Positions 10,454 through 20,300 of a stretch of 64,000 nucleotides of DNA are shown one piece after another; position 1 is the stretch's first letter, and every line of letters begins with the position of its first letter. A program made the position numbers and the translations under genes. The notes beneath the pieces are model-generated. The model saw nothing but the letters and a program-made list of their open reading frames with translations. It was not told the origin of the DNA and did not search any database. This DNA is from Candidatus Altimarinota bacterium (lineage in GTDB: Bacteria; Patescibacteriota; Gracilibacteria; CAIRYL01; GCA-016699755): assembly GCA_963664295.1 (NCBI GenBank), contig OY760935.1, forward strand, positions 512,001 to 576,000, read 5' to 3'.

Positions 10454-10463
10454 ATATAGTGAA

Positions 10464-11219
10464 TTAAAATACTGCAAAACTAGCATAACCAACAACTGAG
10501 CTCATGTCTCCTCCTGTTTGTCCTGAATGCTTATAATCAAGTAATTTTATTGATTTTGCAAGTCGCATTGCTGTTTTTATTGGCACATGCCCACAAGCAT
10601 CAATAATATTTTCATTTTGTAAATCACGACCTAATATTACCTCTATTGTGTCTCTGTCTACTATTTCTGCTTCTTCTGCTGGCAAAAAATGAGACAAATC
10701 AGTAGAAAAAACAAATAAACATTCCTCATTCTCAAAATAGGGCTTGAGTATTTCTTTTAAATAATCAGGGCTTATGCTTCCGCACAAAATTGGAACTATC
10801 TTAAAACTTTTTAAAACTTGTTGCAAAAATGGAAGTTGCACCTCAATAGAATGCTCTTTTTCATGTGCTTCTAATACAAATTCAAAAGGTAATTTTTTGA
10901 TAACTTCTAAATCCACTGGCACATCGCCTAAAGGACTTTCATAAAAATCATAAGCACCAACAGAAACAGATATTGGATATCTATGGGCTGGAGCAAGCAA
11001 GAAAACTGTTTTTTTTTGACCTGCAAATTGCTCAAATTGCTTAAATCCCTTCATTGCAACTTTTCCAGAATATCTATAACCTGCATGAGGCACTATAATT
11101 CCTCTAATTTTCTTAAATTGACAATCTTTTGCTGTTGCGAGTAAACCTTGAGTATAATCATCAAGATCTTCGTATTCTGCTGGATAAAATGCGCCTTTTA
11201 CAGCTGATTTTCTTTTCAT
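10464..11219 (-). CDS. amrB: AmmeMemoRadiSam protein B (MEMO1 family)
   Basis: GAFYP, PHAGYRYSG, EHSIEVQLPFLQ, STDLSH, ACG and VVGY. Confidence 0.93.
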   Translation of the reverse strand: MKRKSAVKGAFYPAEYEDLDDYTQGLLATAKDCQFKKIRGIIVPHAGYRYSGKVAMKGFKQFEQFAGQKKTVFLLAPAHRYPISVSVGAYDFYESPLGDVPVDLEVIKKLPFEFVLEAHEKEHSIEVQLPFLQQVLKSFKIVPILCGSISPDYLKEILKPYFENEECLFVFSTDLSHFLPAEEAEIVDRDTIEVILGRDLQNENIIDACGHVPIKTAMRLAKSIKLLDYKHSGQTGGDMSSVVGYASFAVF

Positions 11220-11224
11220 AAAAA

Positions 11225-12250
11225 TTAAAAAACACCTGTTAAAATTTGTTCACAATAAGGGCATTTGTTTTTATCTTTTAGTTTATTTTTAATAATATAA
11301 CGCTCTCTTTCGATTATAATTTTCCCACAATTTGTACAATAAGTGCTTTCTTTGTGATAATTATCAACATTTCCTAAATAAACATAGTTTAATCCTGCTT
11401 TTTTTCCTATTTGATAAGCTTTTTCAAGAGTTTTAAGTGGAGTTGGAGGTGCATTATAAAAATAATTTGGAAAATAACGAGAAATATGCCAAGGAATATT
11501 TTTATCAATTGAGGCAATAAACTCTGCTATATTTTTTATTTCTTTTTCAGAATCATTTGTTTCTGTAATTAGCAATGTTGTTATTTCTAACCAAACTTTG
11601 CTTTTCGCTAATAATTTTATATTTTTTTTAACTGGCTCCAAACTTCCTCCGCAAAATTCTTGATAAAATTCTTCTGTAAAACCTTTAAGATCAATATTAG
11701 CTCCGTCAAGATATGGTTCCCATTTTTCCAAAACCTCTTCGCTCATATAACCATTTGAAACAATTACATTTTTTATGCCTGCTTTATGAGCCAATTTGCA
11801 GGTATCATAAGCATATTCAAAAAAAATACTTGGTTCATTGTAAGTATAAGCAATTATCTGAATATTATTTTCTTTGCAAAATTTTATAATTTTCTCTGGA
11901 GACCAATCTTGACCAATAGGATTACTGTTTCTCATTTTATACTGAGAAATATCCCAATTTTGACAAAATTTACACCTAAAATTACAAGCAATAGTGCCAA
12001 AAGAAAAAACTCTTTCCTGAGGATAAAAATGAAAAAATGGCTTTTTTTCTATTGGGTCTATATGAACAGCAATTGCTTTGCCATAAATTGCTAATTTTAA
12101 ATCCCCTTTTTTGTTTCTGCGCACACTACAAAAACCCACTCCGCCTTCTGGTATCTTGCAAAAATGATTACAAACTCGGCACTCAACTACATTATCATTG
12201 AGTTTTTTTGACATCCAAGCCTTATTAGTTGGCTCTTTTTGTAAGGTCAA
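11225..12250 (-). CDS. amrS: AmmeMemoRadiSam radical SAM enzyme
   Basis: CRVCNHFC, DPIEKKP, CNFRCKFCQNWDISQ, YTYNEP, NIDLKG and a C-terminal Cys cluster. Confidence 0.93.
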   Translation of the reverse strand: MTLQKEPTNKAWMSKKLNDNVVECRVCNHFCKIPEGGVGFCSVRRNKKGDLKLAIYGKAIAVHIDPIEKKPFFHFYPQERVFSFGTIACNFRCKFCQNWDISQYKMRNSNPIGQDWSPEKIIKFCKENNIQIIAYTYNEPSIFFEYAYDTCKLAHKAGIKNVIVSNGYMSEEVLEKWEPYLDGANIDLKGFTEEFYQEFCGGSLEPVKKNIKLLAKSKVWLEITTLLITETNDSEKEIKNIAEFIASIDKNIPWHISRYFPNYFYNAPPTPLKTLEKAYQIGKKAGLNYVYLGNVDNYHKESTYCTNCGKIIIERERYIIKNKLKDKNKCPYCEQILTGVF

Positions 12251-13055
12251 TTTCTCCAGAAAAGACTATTTTAGCTTCACCTAGCATTTTAAAGGAATTT
12301 TTATTTTTATCCCAATAAATTTTTAAATCACCACCTTTTAGGTGAACAATAATCCATTCATTTGATAAAACATGATTATTTTTTATAGCTCCAGCAACAG
12401 AAGCAGTAGCACCAGTACCACAGGCTAAGGTCTCCCCTGCTCCCCTTTCCCAAACACGCATTTTAATTTCTTTATTAGAAACAATTTCAACAAACTCAGT
12501 ATTTATACGATTAGGAAAAATAGATAAATTTTCAATCATAGAGCCATATTTTTTAATAGGAAATTCATCAAGATTATCAACAAAAATAACTGCATGAGGA
12601 TTTCCCACGCTCACACAAGTTATTTTTAATTTTTTATCAATAATTTCTATTTCACGATCTATAAAATCATCAGGAAAGTCAGCAATGTCTCTAAAATAAG
12701 CGCCTCCCATGTCAATTTGTACAAAGTTTTCTTTTACAATTTCTGCTTTTTTAATGCTAGCAAGAGTTTCTATTGAATGAATATTTTCTTTTTTTACACC
12801 TTGATCTTGAGCAAAAACAGCAATAGCACGAGCACCATTGCCACACATCTCAACCTCACTACCATCAGAATTTAAAATACGCATAAAATAATCTGCTTTT
12901 TCACTTGGTTCTAATATAAGAATTTGATCAGCACCAATTCCAAAATTCCTATCACAAAGAAAAATTGCTTGCTCCTTGGTAATTTTAATTTTTTTATCTA
13001 AATTATTAATAACAACAAAATCATTACCAAGTCCCTGCATTTTCCAGAACTTCAT
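12225..13055 (-). CDS. dapF: Diaminopimelate epimerase
   Basis: KMQGLGNDF, NSDGSEVEMCGNG, GNPH and WERGAGETLACGTG. Confidence 0.96.
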   Translation of the reverse strand: MKFWKMQGLGNDFVVINNLDKKIKITKEQAIFLCDRNFGIGADQILILEPSEKADYFMRILNSDGSEVEMCGNGARAIAVFAQDQGVKKENIHSIETLASIKKAEIVKENFVQIDMGGAYFRDIADFPDDFIDREIEIIDKKLKITCVSVGNPHAVIFVDNLDEFPIKKYGSMIENLSIFPNRINTEFVEIVSNKEIKMRVWERGAGETLACGTGATASVAGAIKNNHVLSNEWIIVHLKGGDLKIYWDKNKNSFKMLGEAKIVFSGEIDLTKRAN

Positions 13056-13073
13056 ATTAAAAAAAATAAATTT

Positions 13074-14105
13074 TTATTTAACTTTTCCTTTTGCAGAAAG
13101 AATTATCGCAATTGGACGAGTGGAATTAAACTTTGCCAAAATAATATTGATAATCACCATAATAGGCACACACAAAAACATGCCCAAGATACCCCAAATC
13201 TTTCCCCAAAGAGCAAGTGAAAGAATAATTACCAATGGGCTCAAATTAAGCGATTTACCCATCAAGCGCGGATCAAGAATACTGCCAACTCCAATTTGAA
13301 TTGCTGTTAAAAAAACCAACAAAATTATAAATGGATAAATAGTGTCAAATTGCACCAATGAAAGGGTGACTGGAAAAAGCACAGCAACAATCGAGCCAAT
13401 AGTTGGGATATAATTAAGAAAAAATATTAACAAACCCCAAAAAGGCGCAAAATCAACACCCACAATAAGTAAAACAATATAACTAAGCATTGCTGTTAAA
13501 AAACTAACAAATGTTTTTATTTTTACATAAGTTTTAATGTCTTGATTAACATTTTCAATTGTTTTTTGCACACGATTATAACTTGTTTTGTTTGGCAACA
13601 ATGCTCTTAATTTATTTTCAAAAGTATGAGATTCGAGCAAAATTAAAATCAAATACACTGTAATCATTGCTGTTAAGCCAGCAATAGAGGAAATAGTTGA
13701 TGCTAAAGATGACAAAGTAGAAGTAAAATCAATTGAAGATAAAACCTCTCTTAATTGAGGAACTTCGGGAATATTAAACTTTTCACAAAATCCAAGAATA
13801 ATATTTTGTAATTTAACCTGATAAAAAGGAGCTTCTTGAATCAATTTATTAATATTGCTATCAATAATCATTATTAAAAACCAAATCACAAGTCCCATTG
13901 TGATAAACGAAAAAAACATTGCCACCGCCCAAGGTGTATTTTTTCCAAATATTTTCAAGCGAGCATATTCTGTGGCAATTGTTTTAACCAAGTACCAAAT
14001 TACAATACTAATAATAATTGGCACAAAAAAAGCTTTGCCAATTGCTAAGACATAAAAAGATATGACCAGCAAAGCAGATACTAGCGTTATATTTAATAAT
14101 TTCAT
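13074..14105 (-). CDS. AI-2E family transporter
   Basis: Multi-TM protein with FFLNYIPTIGS, PRLMGKSLNLSP and WGKIWGILGMFLCVP. Confidence 0.9.
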   Translation of the reverse strand: MKLLNITLVSALLVISFYVLAIGKAFFVPIIISIVIWYLVKTIATEYARLKIFGKNTPWAVAMFFSFITMGLVIWFLIMIIDSNINKLIQEAPFYQVKLQNIILGFCEKFNIPEVPQLREVLSSIDFTSTLSSLASTISSIAGLTAMITVYLILILLESHTFENKLRALLPNKTSYNRVQKTIENVNQDIKTYVKIKTFVSFLTAMLSYIVLLIVGVDFAPFWGLLIFFLNYIPTIGSIVAVLFPVTLSLVQFDTIYPFIILLVFLTAIQIGVGSILDPRLMGKSLNLSPLVIILSLALWGKIWGILGMFLCVPIMVIINIILAKFNSTRPIAIILSAKGKVK

Positions 14106-14172
14106 ATAAATAATAATAAGCGTAGTATTAATTTAACTTTTTATTATTATAGGGTCAATAAATTGACAACTA

Positions 14173-16104
14173 TTATTTTTTTACTCGTTTTTTTACAGAT
14201 AGCTGATGGGCAACAAGCGAGGTAATTACTGCAACTTTATTTTTCATTTGTTGATCAATTAAGCTGTTGGGATGAGTAAAAATTTCACTATCTAATTCTC
14301 CTGAGGCTGGCAGTGGTGCCATAACATGAATATTGTTTTTTTCTACTGTTGGTGCAGATAAATGATAATCAACTACTTTTTTGCCTGCTCCTTTACCGCC
14401 ATCACCTGATGTTCCTTCTGGATTTGAAATATAGATAAAATCAGCATCAGAGCTTATGTTTTGCACATGCTCCTGGTCTAGTAATTGATCATCTTCAATT
14501 ACTGTCAGGCCTTCGATTTGAGGATTATACGACTCACCTTCACTAGCATTAGGATGAAGTGGGACATAATTAACAACTTCAAATCCTGGCAAATGCTTAA
14601 GTATAAATTTAATCAAAGCTTTGTCAGCTCTTTTGTTTTTTGTGTGTCCCATGAAAATAATTTTTGGCTTTAATTCTGCTGTTTTTTCACGCAATTCTGC
14701 CACGGTTTTGCAGCCATAAATATCCATAAAAGCTAATATTTCACCTAATGTTTGAGTGGGATGATGAATATCGCCACCTAGTGATATCCTTGATGGTTTT
14801 GAGCTTAAATCATTGGCTTTTTTTAATTCCTCTGCGTCAGTTTCAAATGATTTTGACCTTGCCAAAACAACATCAAAATCATGAGCAGAAAAAGCTGCAT
14901 CTTCACTAACAAGAGATTCTCCTTTTGCCTGAGAACTTGCGCCAGAAAGAGCAGTTTGCACGTTCATACCCAATGCTTCGAGAGCTTGTTTTGATGCAGT
15001 TATGGTTCTAGTAGAAGGTTGTGCCATATTAACTAAACCATTTTTACCTTTAAATTCAGAATAAACAACACCAAATTGACCAGCACTGGTTTTGTTGTCA
15101 TCAGTAATTTGTAAGGATTTACCCCAGGCTTGTTTAGCAAAATTTGCTACACTTAAAACACTATCTATTTGTTCCTCAGTCATATCATCAAGCCCTGAAA
15201 GAATATCTGGAAAATTATTTATTTTTTCATTTTCACAAAAATCAACTAACTTTCTTTTTATTGCAATATGTAGTCCCAATCTACGAATAGCCTCTCTGTC
15301 AGCCTCATTTGCTTGTGTTTTTGCTACTTTTTGTAAGGCACGAACAACATCTTTGATATTTTCAGGGTCAATAAATTTTTGAGCAAAAACAGGCATACCA
15401 ACAACATTTTCAATCCCCTCTCCTGTTGGATTGCTATCGTATTTTTTCAGGTTTTCACCTTGCCCATAATCACAATAGTCAACTTCTCCTGTTTCTTGAT
15501 TTTCAATAGCAACCATGAACTTAAGATAGGTTTTTTTATCTGTACCTTCCGGCAAGGTAGGCATTTCGCCTTTTGAGACAATGCCTCTAAGCCCTTCCCA
15601 TGTGTATTGAGCTAGGGCAATTTTTGCTTTATTTGCTGTGTTTTTTAAAACCGTTTCATTTAATATTGTTGCTATAATTAAATTTTTTAGAGTACTATTT
15701 AAGCCTTCCAATCCTCTTTCAGGGTGCATTAGTAAATCACAATAAAGCTCTGATGCTTCCGAAAAATCCTCTCCACTTTCAGCTTGTTTTTTAAATCTAT
15801 CAATAATATCTTCTATAAAAACTGGTTTATATGGAGTGTTTAATAATTCTAATACTTTTGTATGAGTCAATGCTTGGATTGCCTGAGCTTCAGCCGTAAA
15901 ATCAAGCGTATCAAGTTGATGCAAGACAGCAGAAAACAACAAGGGGCGAAGCTCAGGGTCTGGCATTATACTACTTAATGTTTCTGGGTTTATAATTTTC
16001 GCTAATTGATCAAATTTTTCTTGATAGCCCTCTTTTTCTGGGTGATCACTTAAAACACCATGATCTTCAGCTATTTGAGCATAGGATAATAATTTTTTGT
16101 CCAT
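14173..16104 (-). CDS. Divergent aspartate/ornithine carbamoyltransferase-fold protein with a ~300-aa N-terminal extension
   Basis: The C-half has PSTRT, SSQAKGES, HPTQ and MAPLP. Start moved to MDKKLL because a TTGACA-17-TATGTT promoter overlaps the longer start. Confidence 0.75.
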   Translation of the reverse strand: MDKKLLSYAQIAEDHGVLSDHPEKEGYQEKFDQLAKIINPETLSSIMPDPELRPLLFSAVLHQLDTLDFTAEAQAIQALTHTKVLELLNTPYKPVFIEDIIDRFKKQAESGEDFSEASELYCDLLMHPERGLEGLNSTLKNLIIATILNETVLKNTANKAKIALAQYTWEGLRGIVSKGEMPTLPEGTDKKTYLKFMVAIENQETGEVDYCDYGQGENLKKYDSNPTGEGIENVVGMPVFAQKFIDPENIKDVVRALQKVAKTQANEADREAIRRLGLHIAIKRKLVDFCENEKINNFPDILSGLDDMTEEQIDSVLSVANFAKQAWGKSLQITDDNKTSAGQFGVVYSEFKGKNGLVNMAQPSTRTITASKQALEALGMNVQTALSGASSQAKGESLVSEDAAFSAHDFDVVLARSKSFETDAEELKKANDLSSKPSRISLGGDIHHPTQTLGEILAFMDIYGCKTVAELREKTAELKPKIIFMGHTKNKRADKALIKFILKHLPGFEVVNYVPLHPNASEGESYNPQIEGLTVIEDDQLLDQEHVQNISSDADFIYISNPEGTSGDGGKGAGKKVVDYHLSAPTVEKNNIHVMAPLPASGELDSEIFTHPNSLIDQQMKNKVAVITSLVAHQLSVKKRVKK

Positions 16105-16173
16105 ATTTAAAAAATAATGTGTTTCAACATACAATATAATATAATTCTTGTCAAGAAAAACTAAATCAAATTT

Positions 16174-17259
16174 TTATTGATGCACAAAAACTCTCGACCC
16201 ATCAGAGTTAAACAAATATTTAAATCTTAGAAAACGATCGTCACCTTCATTGTAGGCACTAAGAACTTCAAACAAAGCATAATTTTCATCAGAAGTTTTT
16301 AGACAATAAACTTGCCCTGAACTAGCATTGATCGGATCACCAAAGCCTTCTTCATTAACATTTGTAACACTAGCATAGCCATCTTCTGGGCATTCTGTAA
16401 TGTCTTCAAAATCACCTTCCATTGGTACAACCATCCAATCCATGCCACGCGTCCAAGTGCCACTGAAAAATATTCCACTAAACATAATATCCACATTAAC
16501 ATCTTTGTTTGTTCTTAGTCCTGTTTCAAAATCAAACATACCAGAGCCATTATCTGGATCTGAGTCATCCAATGTCACTTCCCTAACCTCATTTTCTGCT
16601 ACATTATCATCAGAAATTGTTGTTTGTGGGTTGTCTATAGAACGATAAATCTCTCCATCATAAATTGAATAAAATTGAGTATATGGCTTGTCTTTTATTT
16701 TTTCTTTATAGCGATAAATAATTTCTGCCATTTCACCACGAGTAATATCTTTATCAATTGCATCTAAGCTTTGTGGAGTAGTTCGCAAATCTTCTAGGAT
16801 AGCAATGTATGGCTCATACCAATACTGAGCATTTTCTGCGCCAACTATCTCAATATCAAAAGTTTTGACAATAATCTTGGCTGCTTCTGCAAAAATAATG
16901 TTTTTCTTTGGCTGAAATGTGCCATCAGCATAACCATTTATAATATTATTATTACTAGCAATACAAACATAAGGCGCAAACCATTCACTTGCAGGTACAT
17001 CAGAAAAAGTTTTTTCAGATTCGCAACTATTAATTTCCTCTTCACTAAACTGCGCTCCTATTACTATTTTTGTAAACTCTGCTCGATTTATTTTTTGATC
17101 AGGTTTAAATGTGCCATCTTTGTATCCATTTACAATTCCTTCAGATTGCACATAATTAATAGCATCAAAATTGTCATGGTCCTCGCTGACATCATTAAAA
17201 TCAGCTTGAACAACTGCAATGACTAAAGCTAGACTTAAAATAGTAATAAATTTTTTCAT
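16174..17259 (-). CDS. S-layer homology (SLH) domain protein
   Basis: Signal peptide and SLH motifs FNDV..GIVNGYKDGTFKPDQKINRAE, FSDV..GYADGTFQP and ITRGEMA. Confidence 0.9.
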   Translation of the reverse strand: MKKFITILSLALVIAVVQADFNDVSEDHDNFDAINYVQSEGIVNGYKDGTFKPDQKINRAEFTKIVIGAQFSEEEINSCESEKTFSDVPASEWFAPYVCIASNNNIINGYADGTFQPKKNIIFAEAAKIIVKTFDIEIVGAENAQYWYEPYIAILEDLRTTPQSLDAIDKDITRGEMAEIIYRYKEKIKDKPYTQFYSIYDGEIYRSIDNPQTTISDDNVAENEVREVTLDDSDPDNGSGMFDFETGLRTNKDVNVDIMFSGIFFSGTWTRGMDWMVVPMEGDFEDITECPEDGYASVTNVNEEGFGDPINASSGQVYCLKTSDENYALFEVLSAYNEGDDRFLRFKYLFNSDGSRVFVHQ

Positions 17260-17361
17260 TTAAACAAAATAAAATACAAAAATACAATAACATTATTATT
17301 ACTAAACAATAAATTATCCACTTTACAAAAAATTATCTTAAAAACTATTTTATTATTAATT

Positions 17362-20300
17362 TTACAGCTTCCCTCTAAGTTTTTTCATCAAATCTTCACA
17401 TGCAAGGTGTTGAGATATTGTGTCGTTATCTTTTCCTTTTTGTTTAAGTTCCTCATATTTTGCAAAATGAGGGTCATCTTTCATTTGTTCTGGATTTTTA
17501 ATTTTTTGTGAATATTCTGTGTATTTATCATACAAAGGTCTTAAGTAAGTATCATCTCTCCAATAGTCTTTATTTCCTGCGTATGCTTTTGACCATACAA
17601 ATTGATAGGCTGTGATGAAATCTATTTCTGAAGATATTTCATATTTCTGCCTAAATGATTCATATAAATCACGATAGATTTCAAAGTTGTCTCTATTTTG
17701 TGGCATTTGGAATGCACGCATTAAATCTACGATACTGGCGTATAAAGTTGCTTCTTTTCCTTTTGTTTTATCTGGTTCTTCTTTGTTTAATTCATATTCA
17801 TCATGATCTCTTATGTTTCCTTCTTTAAAGTCCCTTTTCCATTGATCAACATCATAGTTTGCATATAAATAATCTCCTACTTCTTTCATTGCCATTAAGA
17901 CCAAAGCTCTATCAGAAGCACGCATAAATCTAGCATTAAAACTTAAATCTAAATTTAACACTGGCATCATTTGACCATTAATTTCCATGAAATCATTTTG
18001 ATTACCATAAAAATCTGTTCTTATTCTAAGTAAATCTTGATTTCTATCATCATTTTCGTGATGCCAACCTTGAACATTATATCTATTCGCACTCTCATCA
18101 ACACCCAGATTTACAAATGGAAAAAATACTTCTCTTGTTCTATCAACCACATTCAAAATATCTAAAGGTCTGTGCCCCGGTTGCTCATTAGAATTGGGCA
18201 AAGTAGGGTCACATGTTTCCTCTGATCTAAAACGAGAAATAATCAAGTTATGTGCATTATCTCGACTATCTGGTATGCCATCGCCATCGCTATCAATAAC
18301 ATCTAATATTTTTGGATCATTAGGAAGCACATAGTTACTTGAAGTTATGCCTCTGGTTTTTTTAGGCAATGTCCATCTGCCATTTTTCTTGATAAAAGGA
18401 CTTGGTCTTTTTCTCATTTCTTCAGCAATTTGATCCCAGTTTTGATCTCGCAAAACACCATCAAGAATAACTTCAAAAACATTCTGACCTTCAACAATAT
18501 TGCTTATATCTTTTGTTCCTATGTATTGAGCATAAGGAAACACTCTTTTAATATGTGGCGCATAACTCTTAAAGCTCCAACAAGCTTGACCAACAAATAT
18601 TTTTGATTGATCTGATTCTTTAATAGCATATTTTTTATAAGCACTTTGAATCGCACTAGAAAGTTGATTTCTACCTCCTGCGTGTCCAACATATTGAACA
18701 TAATCCACATTTGGGTCATTCATTTTTTCAAAAACCTTTTCATTGTTACTACCAAATGTTTTAGGAATGTGTACTTCTATGGGTATATTCTTGCCATCTT
18801 TATCTGTTTTTGCTCCATGCATGATGTACACCATTTCTTCTTTTCTGTCTTCTCTTTTCCAGCCATATTCAGGACGCTCAAATAAATCTGCCTCCCAAGA
18901 CCTAAAAAACTCTTCCTGTCCAAAATAAATATAAGAAACAAATTTTCCATCAGCCAAAATCTCTTTTCGTGGTGGAGCATCAGGTAATAAGTTCTGAGAT
19001 TGTTTTAATTTTTCTATTCTTTCTGCATATTTCCGATATTTAAAACTCCCTCGTCTTAAGCCAATGCTTAAATTTGTTGTCAAAAATCTAGCAATTTTAT
19101 TTTTATCAGACTCTGCATAGGTTAAAATCTTATCAAATTGCTCAGGTGTGCCTTTTTTAAGAAAAAGGAAGCCAATTGCAGAATAAATTTTATTCAAAGC
19201 TTCTATGTCTGTAATTGGAAGCTCTTTTCCTTCAAACAAAATATCTTCAAAAAGCTTGCTGATATCAGCAATGCTAGAGCTATTCGGAAAGTTATCAACA
19301 AAGCGCATTAAAAGCCTAAAAGACATCATTGTTTTTTTTGTTTTATCTATATTTACATCTTTTTCAACATTAAGATTATTAATGTTCCAAAAAATAAATT
19401 CTGCGCTAAAATTTTCTACAAGAGGAATAAAATCAATTTTTTCCACTTTAAGCAAACCTAAAAACAAATGTTGTTTTTCAGCCTGAGTGAACTGATTTGT
19501 TTTTTCTAAAAAACTTACACAAGATTTTTTAGAAAAGTTTTTAACAACATTTAATCCATCACAAAAAGCTTCTATTATCAAAAGATTATTGTTTTCATTG
19601 TTTTTAATTAAAAACTCTGACACATCTTCGCCGTTTATAAATGCAACTAATGCATTAAAATAATTTTCATTATTTATTTTTTCTGGCTTAAAAAACTGAT
19701 AAAATCCTTCAGTCCTAAGCTTAAGGTTAATTTTATTTAATTGAACAATTTTTTTAGCATACTCACCATTCACGCCCTCCTCAAGTGGTAATTCATCAAT
19801 AAATGATGCACGTTCAAAACTGCAAATATTTAAATTAGTAAAAAAGATTATTAAGGCATCAACATAATCTTTGTTAACACCTTTTTCTAAAACAAAATTA
19901 CTAATAAATCCGTCATCAAGTTTTATGCCTGCCAAACCCAACCTAATTAAAGATTTAACATAATCTTCATTAACTGCTTTTTCAATACTAAACACTCTCA
20001 CAAAAGAACCATCAACGTCAAAACCTGCTTGGGCAAGCTTTATTAATATTTTTACATAATCCTTGTTTTCTGCCTTTTCTATACTAAGGCTGTCAACAAA
20101 AAATCCATCAACATCAAAACCTGCTTGGGCAAGCTTTATTAATTTATCGATATAATTTTTGTTTTCTGCTTTTTCAAAACTAAAGCTGTAAACAAAAGAA
20201 CCATCAACATCAAAACCTGCTTGGGCAAGCTTTATTAATATTTTTACATAATCCTTGTTTTCTGCCTTTTCTATTGAAAAATATTTCAATAAATACTCTC

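Noticed and set aside
14173-16104. Assigning the symbol pyrB
   Set aside because: The aspartate-binding motif is missing and there is a large extra domain.
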